A stretch of 64,000 bases of DNA from Alphaproteobacteria bacterium. GTDB lineage: Bacteria; Pseudomonadota; Alphaproteobacteria; SP197. This document shows positions 20,529 through 30,384 of this stretch, piece by piece (position 1 is the first letter of the stretch; each line of letters opens with the position of its first letter). Made by a program: the position numbers and the translations under genes. The DNA lies in contig OZ219747.1 of assembly GCA_964291265.2 (NCBI GenBank), forward strand, positions 2,848,001 to 2,912,000. The letters run 5' to 3'. The notes under the pieces are model-generated. The model searched no databases. It saw only the letters and a program-made list of their open reading frames with translations, and had not been told where the DNA came from.

Positions 20529-22388
20529 GTGATGCCGGCGGACCCCGGAGCATACATCGCCTTTGCGTCCATCGTTCTGGCACTGATGCTCTATGCGGCG
20601 CCGCGGGCGTCGATGGAACTGGCCTCGCTCACCATCCTGTGCCTGTTGATGCTGGCGTTCCAGGTGTTCCCCGAAACCGGAGCGGATGGCCGCAACAGAC
20701 TGGGTCCCGACGCCCTGCTGGCCGGATTCGCGAGTCCTGCCCTGCTCGCCCTGATCGGCCTCATTGTCATCGGTCAGGGTTTGGCCCAGACCGGCGCCCT
20801 TGACCGTCTCGCCAGGGTTCTTCTGGGCGTTGCCGGCGGGCGCCCCGACGTGGCGCTGGTCTTCTCTCTCGCGACCGTGCTGTTGATCAGCGGGATCCTC
20901 AACAACACGCCGGTCGTGGTGATCTTCATCCCCATCCTGCAGGCTTTCGCCAACCGTGCCGGCAAGCCTGCGAGCCGTGTCCTGATGATCCTGAGCTATG
21001 CCGCCATCCTGGGCGGCATGACCACTCTGGTCGGCTCGAGCACCAACCTCCTGGTCGATGGCATGCTGCATGACCTCGGGCAACAGGGCTTCGGTTTCTT
21101 CGACTTCACGGTGCCCGGGCTCGCAATTGCCGTTCCGGGCCTTCTCTTCGCCCTTGTTGTGGTGCGGCGCCTGCTTCCCGGGCACGACACCTCCGGCGAG
21201 TCCACCCTGGCGTCGGATCGCCAGTTCCTTGCCCAGATCGACGTCGTGACGGGCCGTCCGCTTCACGGCCTGAAACCAAGGGGCGGCTTCTTCCCCGATC
21301 TTGGCGATGTGACGGTTCATGCCATCCGGCGTGGCGAGAGCGGCCTGCTGCCGCCCTTCGAGGACGACGCGGCGCTGCGCCACGGCGATATCCTCATCGT
21401 CAGTGCGACACGGGCCTCTCTCACCGAGACGGTTCGCGGCCAGATGGATCTCCTGCACCCGTCGCTGGGCGATGCCTGGATCCCGCGTGAGGACGAATCC
21501 CACGGCAGACCGCCCTGGCTGCGTGGCCGCCAGATGCTGAGCGAGATCATGATCACGCCGGGTTCGGAACTCATCGGCCGTACGCTGGAACAGATCGGAT
21601 TTCGCTATCGCTACAACTGTGTCGTGGTCGGTGTGCAACGCCGGACTGCCCGCATTCGGCGACCGATCACCGATCTGCCGCTTTCCGCAGGGGACATATT
21701 GCTGATCCAGGGAACCGCCGAAGCCAAGGCACGACTCAGGGGGCGTCCGGGCATCCTGCCGATCGAGTGGTCGGTGAGCGACATTCCATCGGCACCCGAG
21801 GCATGGCGCGCGCTCATCATCTTTGCCGTCGTGATCGGTGTGGCGGCGCTCGACATCGTTCCGATCGTCATCAGCGCCCTTGCAGGTGCGGTCGCCTTGC
21901 TGGCCATCGGTGTCATGACCCTGCGTCAGGCAGGACGCTCCATCGGCGCCGACCTTGTCCTCATGATTGCCGCCGCACTGGCCCTTGGCAGAGCACTGCA
22001 GGAAACCGGCGGCGCGGAGATTCTCTCGGGCCTGCTCGCCGGTCTCCTTGTCGATGCGCCGTCGCAGGTCGTCCTGTCCGCCTTCTTCCTGCTCGTTGCG
22101 GTGCTCTCCAACCTTGTGGGCGCCAAGGCGGTTGCCGTCCTCTTCACGCCAATCGCCGTGTCCCTGGCAGCGGAAGTCGGTGCTCCCGTGGAGCCCTTCG
22201 CCGTCGCCGTGGTCTTCGCCGCCAACTGCGCGTTCGCCACGCCGATGGGCTTTCCCACCAATCTTCTGGTCATGGGGCCTGCCGGATACAGGTTCATGGA
22301 CTTTGTCCGTGCCGGCCTTCCCATGGTCCTGTTCGTGTGGGCGACCGCCTCTCTCGTGCTTCCCTTCCACTACGGCCTGTGGGACTGA
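20529..22388 (+). CDS. SLC13/CitMHS-type permease with TrkA-C domains
   Basis: NNTPVVVIFIP, GGMTTLVGSSTNLL, central soluble TrkA-C repeats, FATPMGFPTNLLV. Confidence 0.9.
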   Translation: MMPADPGAYIAFASIVLALMLYAAPRASMELASLTILCLLMLAFQVFPETGADGRNRLGPDALLAGFASPALLALIGLIVIGQGLAQTGALDRLARVLLGVAGGRPDVALVFSLATVLLISGILNNTPVVVIFIPILQAFANRAGKPASRVLMILSYAAILGGMTTLVGSSTNLLVDGMLHDLGQQGFGFFDFTVPGLAIAVPGLLFALVVVRRLLPGHDTSGESTLASDRQFLAQIDVVTGRPLHGLKPRGGFFPDLGDVTVHAIRRGESGLLPPFEDDAALRHGDILIVSATRASLTETVRGQMDLLHPSLGDAWIPREDESHGRPPWLRGRQMLSEIMITPGSELIGRTLEQIGFRYRYNCVVVGVQRRTARIRRPITDLPLSAGDILLIQGTAEAKARLRGRPGILPIEWSVSDIPSAPEAWRALIIFAVVIGVAALDIVPIVISALAGAVALLAIGVMTLRQAGRSIGADLVLMIAAALALGRALQETGGAEILSGLLAGLLVDAPSQVVLSAFFLLVAVLSNLVGAKAVAVLFTPIAVSLAAEVGAPVEPFAVAVVFAANCAFATPMGFPTNLLVMGPAGYRFMDFVRAGLPMVLFVWATASLVLPFHYGLWD

Positions 22389-22463
22389 GTCAGGCACCCT
22401 GCCGGTTGACGGCCACCGGGCTGCCGGGAAGACTGATCGCAGGGATGACAGCGGGGGACAGCG

Positions 22464-23198
22464 ATGAGGAATGCGGCAGAGCGGGAAGTGCGGCGCGACC
22501 TCGCGGCAGCTCACCGGCTTGCGGTGCGTGACGGCCTCAACGAGGGAGCATGGAACCACCTGTCGGTCATGTCTCCCGATGAACCCGGTGTCATGTTGAT
22601 CACGCCGGCCTACACCCACTGGCGCATGGTGTGCGCCAGCAACCTTGCGGCCGTTGGCGAGGATGGCGAATCGGTCAGCGAGGGTGGTCCGGTCCCGTCG
22701 GTCGCCGGATTCATCATTCACATGCCGGTGCACCGGGCGATACCCGAAGCGCGATGCCTGATGCACGTTCATGCGCCCTACATCACGGCCCTGTCCATGC
22801 GCAAGGGTGTTCGGCTCGACACGTCGTCATCGCAGCAGGCGGCACAGTTCTGCGATGATGTAGCCTACCACGACAGCTATGACGGACTTCTCGTTGCCGT
22901 TGAAGAGGGCCGGCGCATGGCAGACGCCATGGATGGCAAGCGTGTTCTCATGATGCGCAACCATGGCGTCATGGTGGCGGGAAGGACGGTGGGTCAGGCT
23001 TATGTCGATCTCTACCAGCTTGAACGTGCCTGCATGTACCAGATCCTCGCCACAGGCGACGGGCATGCGCTCGAGGAAATCCCGCCCGACATTGCCGCGG
23101 CGATTGGCCGTGACGCTCGAGAACGCCCGCGTTCCGACCGGTTCTTTCGCGCCATGCGCGCCATGCTTGATTGCGGAGAGCCGGACTACGCCGCCTGA
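22464..23198 (+). CDS. Class II aldolase/adducin family protein
   Basis: RDLAAAHR, WNHLS, FIIH, MHVHAPY, MRNHGV. Confidence 0.9.
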   Translation: MRNAAEREVRRDLAAAHRLAVRDGLNEGAWNHLSVMSPDEPGVMLITPAYTHWRMVCASNLAAVGEDGESVSEGGPVPSVAGFIIHMPVHRAIPEARCLMHVHAPYITALSMRKGVRLDTSSSQQAAQFCDDVAYHDSYDGLLVAVEEGRRMADAMDGKRVLMMRNHGVMVAGRTVGQAYVDLYQLERACMYQILATGDGHALEEIPPDIAAAIGRDARERPRSDRFFRAMRAMLDCGEPDYAA

Positions 23199-23204
23199 GG
23201 CCGT

Positions 23205-24386
23205 TCAGTAGCGTTTCGGGATGTAACGGGAGTACCAGGCTCCCGCAGCCATGCCGAGGCCGGCCCAGGCGAAGACCGTGGACAGCGGCAGGACCAGGAG
23301 CACGAGGGTGAAGACGCTCTGGGGAACGATGCGCCCGAACTCCCTGTAGGTGGTGTAGAGCGACATCATTTCTGCGCATTCGTGCGGGTGAACCGCACGC
23401 ACGAACGGTGTGTTGCCCACGGCATCGATCCATGAGGCGCAGAGGCACGCCACCAGGATCAGGCCGATGACGACATCGGGCATGAAGGCGAGCAGTGTCG
23501 CGGCGACAGAGACGACGGCAGTGGCGAGATAGCCGAAGACGAGATGCCGGCGCATGCCGAGAGAGGCGCCCAGCCGCCCCCACAAGGGGGCCAACATGAC
23601 AAAGAGGCTGCCGACGGAAACGATGAGACCGGCGTCCGCGTCGGTAAAGCCGTTGTTGACGCAGTAGATCGGAGAGTAGATGAAGAACACCGACCACCAG
23701 GCCGAACGCGCCAGGGCCAGCACATAGGCGAGACGCAGGCGAGGTTGTCGGGCGAAACGCGGAATGAAGCGCAGTGGATTCGAATGGCCGCGGACCATTC
23801 TCGTCGAAGGTGTCACATAACGTCGCCGCAGGATCCAGACACCCGTCGCCAGCACCAGGAGCGCCATTGCGGCAAAGGGTGCCCACAGTCCGACGCGTGA
23901 CGAGAGCTGGACGCCGCCCCACGGACCGAGGGCGAAGGCAAGGCCCAGAACGGCCATGCGCACCGCCTCGAAGCGCACGAAACTCCGCCGTCCCACCCGT
24001 TCGATGATGACCATGTTGATGACGATGTCGGCGGCAAAGAACCCCCAGGTGTAGAGAACGACGGCGAAAAAGAAGGCCAGTCCGCTCTCCATCGGGAAGA
24101 GAAGGGCGGACAGCAGAACACTGGCGAAACCGAACAAGATGACACGGTATCGTCCCAGGTGCGCCAGCATGTAGGGCAGCGCGAGCGCTCCACCCAGGCC
24201 CATGATTCCGATGGCCATGAAGAGCACGCTCACCTGTTGCGTGTCGCCCAGAAGTTCGAATGCCCGCAGCGGAAGGACGGTGATCGGTATGGCGAGGGCC
24301 AGGATCACGAGACCCTGTATCAAGGCCATTTCGAAGGCATGGGGTATGCCCTCGATGTTCAGCATTCGAACGAGTCGAACCGGCAC
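23205..24386 (-). CDS. MFS transporter
   Basis: About 12 hydrophobic segments, LGRYR loop, RFARQPRLRLAY. Confidence 0.82.
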   Translation of the reverse strand: MPVRLVRMLNIEGIPHAFEMALIQGLVILALAIPITVLPLRAFELLGDTQQVSVLFMAIGIMGLGGALALPYMLAHLGRYRVILFGFASVLLSALLFPMESGLAFFFAVVLYTWGFFAADIVINMVIIERVGRRSFVRFEAVRMAVLGLAFALGPWGGVQLSSRVGLWAPFAAMALLVLATGVWILRRRYVTPSTRMVRGHSNPLRFIPRFARQPRLRLAYVLALARSAWWSVFFIYSPIYCVNNGFTDADAGLIVSVGSLFVMLAPLWGRLGASLGMRRHLVFGYLATAVVSVAATLLAFMPDVVIGLILVACLCASWIDAVGNTPFVRAVHPHECAEMMSLYTTYREFGRIVPQSVFTLVLLVLPLSTVFAWAGLGMAAGAWYSRYIPKRY

Positions 24387-24867
24387 GAATGCGATCCCCG
24401 AACGGAGGATCCATCATCACTCCCGCCCATGCGGCCCTGTCAAGTGCCCGGAAGGCGAATGCAGGACCATTCTGTTGCCGCGATCGGCGGTGGACAACCG
24501 CGTCAGTGGCCGTTCTTGAAGTGGGTGGCGCCTTCTCGAAGTCGGAACAGGCATATCGACAACGAAATCCGGTTCTGAATGGACTTCCAGTTCTGCCCGG
24601 GGACGCTCCCTCGTCGGACGAAACCGGACAAGAGAATGCAGGACTTTCCTACGCTACGGCTGATTTTTCGGGAAGCCGATGAATCGCGCCCGAATCGGCC
24701 ATCTGATCTTTCGCGAGGCCGACGAATCGAGGCCGAATCGGGATGTCCTGGACGGATTCCGTGGCTTCAGTGCCGTCCGCATGGCGACACCGGCAGCGTT
24801 TTCGGCCCGGATGCTTGGTTCTTGATGTTCTAGCAGCGTTCCGGGGTCCCCGGACGCTCAAGGCGTC

Positions 24868-26719
24868 TCAGGGCCGGGTCAGGGCGTTGATGGCCTCGCG
24901 ACGGTCCAGTTGTAGGCGGCGCCGGGTTTCGGCGAGGCTTTCGGCCTCGCGGCGGTTGGCGAAGATCACCGCGAGCGCGATGTTGTTGAGGCTGGCCCGG
25001 TTCGCCGGGCCGTTGTCGGTGCGGGTCAGGCAGGCGTCTTCGCCGAAGACGCAATCCCTTTGTCGATGGTTCAGATTTTCCACGGCCCAGTGGCGGCGGT
25101 TCAGTCGCAGCAACTCTTCCGGCGACGTGGCCCCCGTATCGAGAGAGGTGATGATGTAATCGGTTTCCGTGTAATCCTTCTCTTCTTGCTTCCCGGCATC
25201 GCCGGAGCCTTCCTTCCCGGCATCGCCGGAGCCTTTCTTCCACGGCTCCCGATAGCGGGTGATGCGGGCGACCTGACGGACGCCCGGATAGTTGATCAGA
25301 CCGTCCAACGGGACGAGGACGCTGATCGAACGCTGCTCCAGTCGACCGTGCGCCTTGTCGAACGGCTCCGTGAAGTGGCCGGTAGCGTCTTTTTGCCAAT
25401 TGATGCTGTCGAGGATGGCGAAGGTCTCCGGAGCGTTGCCCTTGACGACGAAGACGTAATCCGCGCGTTGTGTGATCAGCTTCGCGGTATGGCGTGTCGT
25501 GTGCAGCGCGTCGAGGGTGATCACCTTGCCGCCGATGTCGCTGCGCTCCAGGAGATCGTGCATGGCCGCCAGTTCGCCGCCTTCGTCGTTGAAGTTCAGG
25601 AGGGAAAAGGGCGCGCCGGTCTCATGGTCGACAAGGGCCACGGTCTCTCAGACGGCCATCGCCGTTGCGGTTGGCGCCGCGGATGCGCTTGCCGTCGGCG
25701 GCGAGTGCACGGGCGAGGTGAAGCCGAGGCCGGGACCAGCGGGTGAGCACATCCTCCAGAGCCTCGGGGTCGATCGACTGGATAACCCGGTGGATGGTGG
25801 ACTTGGAGACGGGCTCGCGAAGCCCCGTCTTCGGGTTAAGCCACGCGCCGATGGCCTCCAACTCCTCCTGGGACAGGGACCGCGCGAACTGCGCGGCGGC
25901 GACACAGCCCTTCATGTTGGCGAACTCGGCGAGCACGTGCACGGTGAGCACCGATGCCGCGGTATGCTTCCTTCCCTGCGCCCGGCGGAAGTCGGGAATG
26001 GCCGCGAGCTCGGCGTAGAGCGAGCGCAGCACCTTGGGGTCCCGGGGCGCCAGTTCGGGGCATGAGGGCGGCGCCACGTCGGGGGGAAGCGGCAGCGGGC
26101 TCGACAGCAGCGCCCGGGCATCGCGCCTCAGTGCCGTAACGTAGATATCCTTGGGCTTGCCGTGAGGATCGGTGTAACGCCCGTTGGAGCGGGCAAACCC
26201 CTTGGTCTCACCCAGACACGTCCAGCCCGCAGCCTTCAACATCGTGCCGGCAAAGATCTCCGGATCGCAGAACGTCTCCGCCAGCAGCACCCCGTGGCCG
26301 TGCACCTGCAGCCAATCGTCACAGAGCCGGCGCGTCATGCACGCAAGGAAACAGGAAGCAAGGTTCGCAAACACCCCGGGCTTGGAGAGGATCAAGAACC
26401 GCGTGTTGTTGGCTACCATCGAGAGCCGCTGGAACTGCTGCTCCGGCTTCCAGCCGGTCCACTGGTCGCGGGGAGCGCACTTGAAGGCGCCGTTCTGCCA
26501 CGCCGCCAGCCCCAGCCAATGGCCCCTGAAGGTCGCAAGGTAGCGCAGACCGCGACCCGCCAGGCGACGGAAGCCGAGATAGTGGTGCTTGTTCATCAGC
26601 GCGTCCCACAGCGGACGCTCCTCCGGCCTCGCCAGGCGAACATCGACCTCAGACAGGGAAAAACCCTCAGGTGCTTCCTGATGGATCGGGACAGCTTCCA
26701 TGAGCTTGCGAATCGACAT
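24868..26719 (-). pseudogene. DUF4338 + ISAs1 DDE transposase split by a +1 frameshift near 25650 (start uncertain)
   Basis: ORF1: HHYLGF, NNTRFLIL, ETFCDP, IPDFRRAQGRKH, ADGKRIRG; ORF2: ITLDALHT, VKGN, HGRLEQR, RRHWAVEN, RDCVFGED. Confidence 0.85.
25189..25236. repeat. 24-bp in-frame tandem duplication inside the transposase (GSGDAGKE x2)
   Basis: cttcccggcatcgccggagcctt(c/t) occurs twice in tandem. Confidence 0.85.
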
Positions 26720-26937
26720 GACCGGACCGTCGCACATCCCAAGCGGGATGGCCAGCGGAAAATGTCCGCGCGCGTGCAACATACGAACGCCTGACGTCAA
26801 GTGAAATCAAGCGAATTCCAGCGTGGGAAGGCCTTGCAAGAGAATGGTTCTGAGCTTGCATCCGGGAGGGAAGATGGCATACTCGTCAGGGCGTACATAT
26901 TGGAAATCCTCCGGCAGGGTCGCTCACGGAGTAAGCC

Positions 26938-27122
26938 ATGGACTGGTCGGCGCGGAATGTCGTGGACATGGGCCTGTTGCTCGTCGTTGCCGGGTTTTGG
27001 ACGCTTCATCGCAATGTCGCGGGCTCGACCGGGCCCTGTGCGTCCTCGCAGGCCGCATCACGCGCGAGGAAGGCATGCTTGAAGGGCTGCGCGACAGCGT
27101 TGCAGGCCGACAATCCGGTTGA
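26938..27122 (+). pseudogene. Possible frameshifted small TM + coiled-coil protein
   Basis: MDWS...GLLLVVAGFWTLHR, then the alternate frame gives LDRAL...RITREEGMLEGLRDSVAGR. Confidence 0.3.
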
Positions 27123-27838
27123 ACGCTGCGTTGGACAGGCGGCCCGTGCCTGACCCTGCGTCTGGAGAAGCCGCCGCGCCCGCGTCGCAGCGCCAGCATA
27201 ACGCGGACCGGATGCGTCGGGCCCATGCCTGGCTTGAGCGCAGCCGGCAGGCGGGAACGGAGGAAATCGAACGCTTCATCTTCCTCTGGATCGCCTTCAA
27301 CGCCGCTTACGGGAACGAGGCTGCACTCCGGGATTTCGTCGAGCGGCCGAACATGAAGCAAAGCGAATCATGCCGCTTCAGGCAGTTCCTGCGCGCCATT
27401 GTCACGAACGACAGGAGCGAGGTCATCTACGACATCGTCTGGCAGCAATATTCCGGACCGATCCGGATTCTGCTGAACAACCGCTATGTATTCCGCCCGT
27501 TCTGGAGTTCCGTCTGGGGCCTGAACACGGGCGATTCTTGGGAGAGGTGGTTCAAGCGAGACAGGAACGATGTGAATCGGGCTCTGGTCAACCGCGACAC
27601 CTTTGGCATCCTGATGCGGGTCTTCGACCGGCTCTACACATTGCGCAACCAGATCTTCCACGGTGGCGCCACATGGCCGGCCGGCTTCGGGCGAACCCAG
27701 ATCCGGGACGGTAGCCGGATCATGGCCTCGCTCGTGCCGGCGATCCTCGACATCATGCAGGCCGACATAGACCGCAACCCGGATTCGGACCTCTGGGGAC
27801 TGGTCGCCTACCCGCGCATCAACCTGGAGCCGGAATAG
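27119..27838 (+). CDS. HEPN domain protein (start may be downstream, e.g. 27211)
   Basis: RAHAWL...RFIFLWIAFNAAY and Rx4H motif LRNQIFHGG. Confidence 0.8.
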   Translation: MNAALDRRPVPDPASGEAAAPASQRQHNADRMRRAHAWLERSRQAGTEEIERFIFLWIAFNAAYGNEAALRDFVERPNMKQSESCRFRQFLRAIVTNDRSEVIYDIVWQQYSGPIRILLNNRYVFRPFWSSVWGLNTGDSWERWFKRDRNDVNRALVNRDTFGILMRVFDRLYTLRNQIFHGGATWPAGFGRTQIRDGSRIMASLVPAILDIMQADIDRNPDSDLWGLVAYPRINLEPE

Positions 27839-27959
27839 GCGAGATGTTGCGCGACGCTTGCGGGCGTCCTCGCCGACGCTGCAGAGGATGCCGGACTTGC
27901 GCCATGTCATCCGGTTGAGGCCGGGGCAGGCGCTCACCCGCCCGGCGCCACCTGCACCG

Positions 27960-28160
27960 CGGCACGACAGGAATTCTGGCAGGAGAAGTTCCGGGCCAAC
28001 GTGATGCGGGACCGTCGGAACAGGGGAGAACTGCTGGCCGCTTGGGAGGCGAGTAGCGACCGTCTGGGATAAGCGCACTGCGGGGTCCTTGTTTCGCGAG
28101 CACGGCAGCAGCCCTCCACCGATGGCCTCTTGGAACCGAACAGGAGTTCCAGACGAACCT
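27960..28160 (+). pseudogene. vsr: Vsr (very-short-patch repair) endonuclease C-terminal relic
   Basis: RQEFWQEKFRANVMRDRRNRGELLAA, frameshift to GRRVATVW, frameshift to ALRG. Confidence 0.7.
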
Positions 28161-28286
28161 CGAAGGTCATGATGCAACCGCCTGCCGCCGGATCCTGACC
28201 ACCCCGGAGCGGGAACGGCCCGTCGACGCGACATGCCGGTGGACGCCACGGTCCATGACGGGCCGTCGCGGCAGGGCCGCGGATTC

Positions 28287-29096
28287 TCAGCTGGCGATGA
28301 TCTCGCGAATCTTGCTGGCGACGGATTCGGGCCTGTGCCGGAAGAGCGAGCAGTGCCCCAGGCCCTCGAGAAGGTGGAAGTGGCCATCGGCCGCCGCCTC
28401 GGCCACCAGGCGGCCGCGGGCAGGCGGCGTCTGCATGTCCTGGTCGAAGGCGATCACGTGAAGCGGTCGCGTACAGCCCGGGAGCCGGTCCATGGCCGAG
28501 TAGTCGAGACAGGCCTGCCACTGGGCAGCGAGCATGTCGCCGTCGCGCTCTGCATAGGCGGCGGACACCACCGGCTTGCACCGCTCCCACATCTTGTTGT
28601 CGCCCAGAACCTCCGAGGGGTACATCAGCAGGGCATAGTGGGAGAGGGCGAAGTCGGGGGGCAGCCGGTGGCCCGCTTCCCGGAACCTGATCTCGGCATC
28701 CTCCCATTCGGCCATGAAGCCTTCCTTGGCGCCAGAGGTTCCCATGGCGATTCCCAGGCGCACGAGCTCCGGCCAGGCCAGCAGCATCTCCTGGACGATG
28801 AGCGCACCCATGGAAAGCCCGACGATCACGACCGGAGGATCGCAGACGTCCCTGATGAGGGCGGCGACATCGTTTGCATAGGTGGCGACCGTCCAGGGCG
28901 GCGGGCAGTGGCTGACGGTACGCCCGGCGCCACGCGGATCGAAGCTCGTGCAGCGGTAGTCGGGAAAGAAGCCGAACTGTTCCTCCCATTCCTCGCCGGT
29001 CTGGTCCCCGCCCGGACACCAGACAATGTCCGGCCCGGTTCCCGCACGGACCCAGTGGAGCGACACGTCGGGAGTCCTGAACGTGGCATGATCCAT
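28287..29096 (-). CDS. Alpha/beta fold hydrolase
   Basis: FDPRGAG, GLSMG nucleophile, GLGH catalytic His. Confidence 0.88.
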   Translation of the reverse strand: MDHATFRTPDVSLHWVRAGTGPDIVWCPGGDQTGEEWEEQFGFFPDYRCTSFDPRGAGRTVSHCPPPWTVATYANDVAALIRDVCDPPVVIVGLSMGALIVQEMLLAWPELVRLGIAMGTSGAKEGFMAEWEDAEIRFREAGHRLPPDFALSHYALLMYPSEVLGDNKMWERCKPVVSAAYAERDGDMLAAQWQACLDYSAMDRLPGCTRPLHVIAFDQDMQTPPARGRLVAEAAADGHFHLLEGLGHCSLFRHRPESVASKIREIIAS

Positions 29097-29107
29097 GGCG
29101 GGTTCCT

Positions 29108-29737
29108 TCAGCCGGTCAGCCGGGCAGGTTGAATCGGCCCCGGTGATATCCAGAGGCAGAACGTGAAGAGCGGTGAGGTGCGGGTGATCATCTCGTGGGG
29201 AAGCCAGGGGGTGTTGTGAACCGGTTTCCCCGGGGGTCGCGGTCGGGGTGGGGCATCATCCTGTCCCCACAGCGTGTCGCCGCCGAAGGGATAGTAGATT
29301 TCCTCGGCTTCGTGATGGTGCCGCGGATAGTGTCGTCCGGGACCGATCACGAAGAAGGCGGCGACGACGCGGTCATGGGGAACGAGGGCCTCGAAGCCCA
29401 GGATGTTGGTGTAGCAGTAGTTGTTCATGTAGTCGTCGCCAAGGCTCTCCCGATAGTGCTCGCTGCGGATCCAGCGCAGCGACGGTTCCAGTGCGGCAAA
29501 GGCGCCGGCAAGGCTGGCCATGGGGCCCTTCATGGCCATGGAGAGCGCCGCGTCGAGATGGCGGCAGCCTGGCAGCCGCCGCGCGCCCTGGATCCGGTCC
29601 GGCAGTCGGGCGGCGGCGAGTTCCCGGGAGAGAATGGAACACGGCCGTGACGTTGCCCCGTCATCCTGGCTGTCGATGAAGCTGAGGATTTCCTGGCGCA
29701 GATGTTCGAAACGCGAAGCGGTGTCGTCGTGAGGCAT
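29108..29737 (-). CDS. DMSP-lyase-family (DddQ/DddL-like) cupin
   Basis: YPRHHHEAEEIYYP, HNTPWLPHEM, PLFTFCLW. Confidence 0.72.
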   Translation of the reverse strand: MPHDDTASRFEHLRQEILSFIDSQDDGATSRPCSILSRELAAARLPDRIQGARRLPGCRHLDAALSMAMKGPMASLAGAFAALEPSLRWIRSEHYRESLGDDYMNNYCYTNILGFEALVPHDRVVAAFFVIGPGRHYPRHHHEAEEIYYPFGGDTLWGQDDAPPRPRPPGKPVHNTPWLPHEMITRTSPLFTFCLWISPGPIQPARLTG

Positions 29738-29802
29738 GGCCTCTTCCCCCGTCGGCATCTCCCTGCCATGGTGGGCGGGAAACCGGTCGAAGAGTGCGGG
29801 CA

Positions 29803-30384
29803 ATGCATCAGGGACACAAGCCGGGGTGGTTGACACCGGCTACGGATTACGGGCCGCTCGCCCTGTTTCTTGCCGCCTATCTGCTTGGCGACCTCATGGT
29901 GGCGACAGGAGTGCTGGTGCTGGCGACCCTCGGCGCCGTCGCCCTGGGGTACATGGTGGCGCGCCGCGTGCCGAAGATGGCGGTGGTGACGGCCGTCCTG
30001 GTCTCTGTCTTCGGCGGTCTGACTCTCGCACTCCAGGATGCGACCTTCATCAAGATGAAACCGACGATCGTCCAACTCCTTGGGTGCTCGCCACTCCTGT
30101 TCGCTGCGCTTCTCGCCGGCGGCGTCGCCACGGGACGTTCGCCCCTGAAATTCGTCATGAGTGGCGTCCTCGATCTGGTCGATGATGCCTGGCGCACCCT
30201 GTCCGTCAGGTTCGCCCTCTTCTTCACGGCAATGGCCGGTCTCAACGAACTCGTCTGGCGCACCCAGGATGAAGAGACCTGGGTGCTCTTCAAGGTGTTC
30301 GGCATTCTCGGTCTGACAATGCTCTTTGCCGTTGCCCAGACCCCCTTCCTGATGCGTCACCGCCGTCCCGACACTCCCGGTTGA
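29803..30384 (+). CDS. ispZ: Inner-membrane septation protein A (YciB/IspZ)
   Basis: DYGPLALF, VFGGLTL, FIKMKPTI, LNELVWR, WVLFKVFG. Confidence 0.92.
   Translation: MHQGHKPGWLTPATDYGPLALFLAAYLLGDLMVATGVLVLATLGAVALGYMVARRVPKMAVVTAVLVSVFGGLTLALQDATFIKMKPTIVQLLGCSPLLFAALLAGGVATGRSPLKFVMSGVLDLVDDAWRTLSVRFALFFTAMAGLNELVWRTQDEETWVLFKVFGILGLTMLFAVAQTPFLMRHRRPDTPG

Larger units (their letters stand above)
24639..26836 (-). mobile_element. ISAs1-family insertion sequence (2198 bp) with DUF4338-fused transposase
   Basis: IRs CAGGACTTTCCTACGCT / CAAGGCCTTCCCACGCT (13/17); perfect 10-bp TSD CAAGAGAATG at 24629-24638 and 26837-26846. Confidence 0.9.

Noticed and set aside
25640-25660. Programmed frameshift in the ISAs1 transposase
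   Set aside because: No slippery A-run at the junction, and ISAs1 transposases are normally single ORFs; a mutation is more likely
25622-26800. DUF4338 as part of a Druantia system
   Set aside because: It lies within IS ends and TSD, fused to a transposase; no DruE-like helicase or other dru genes are present
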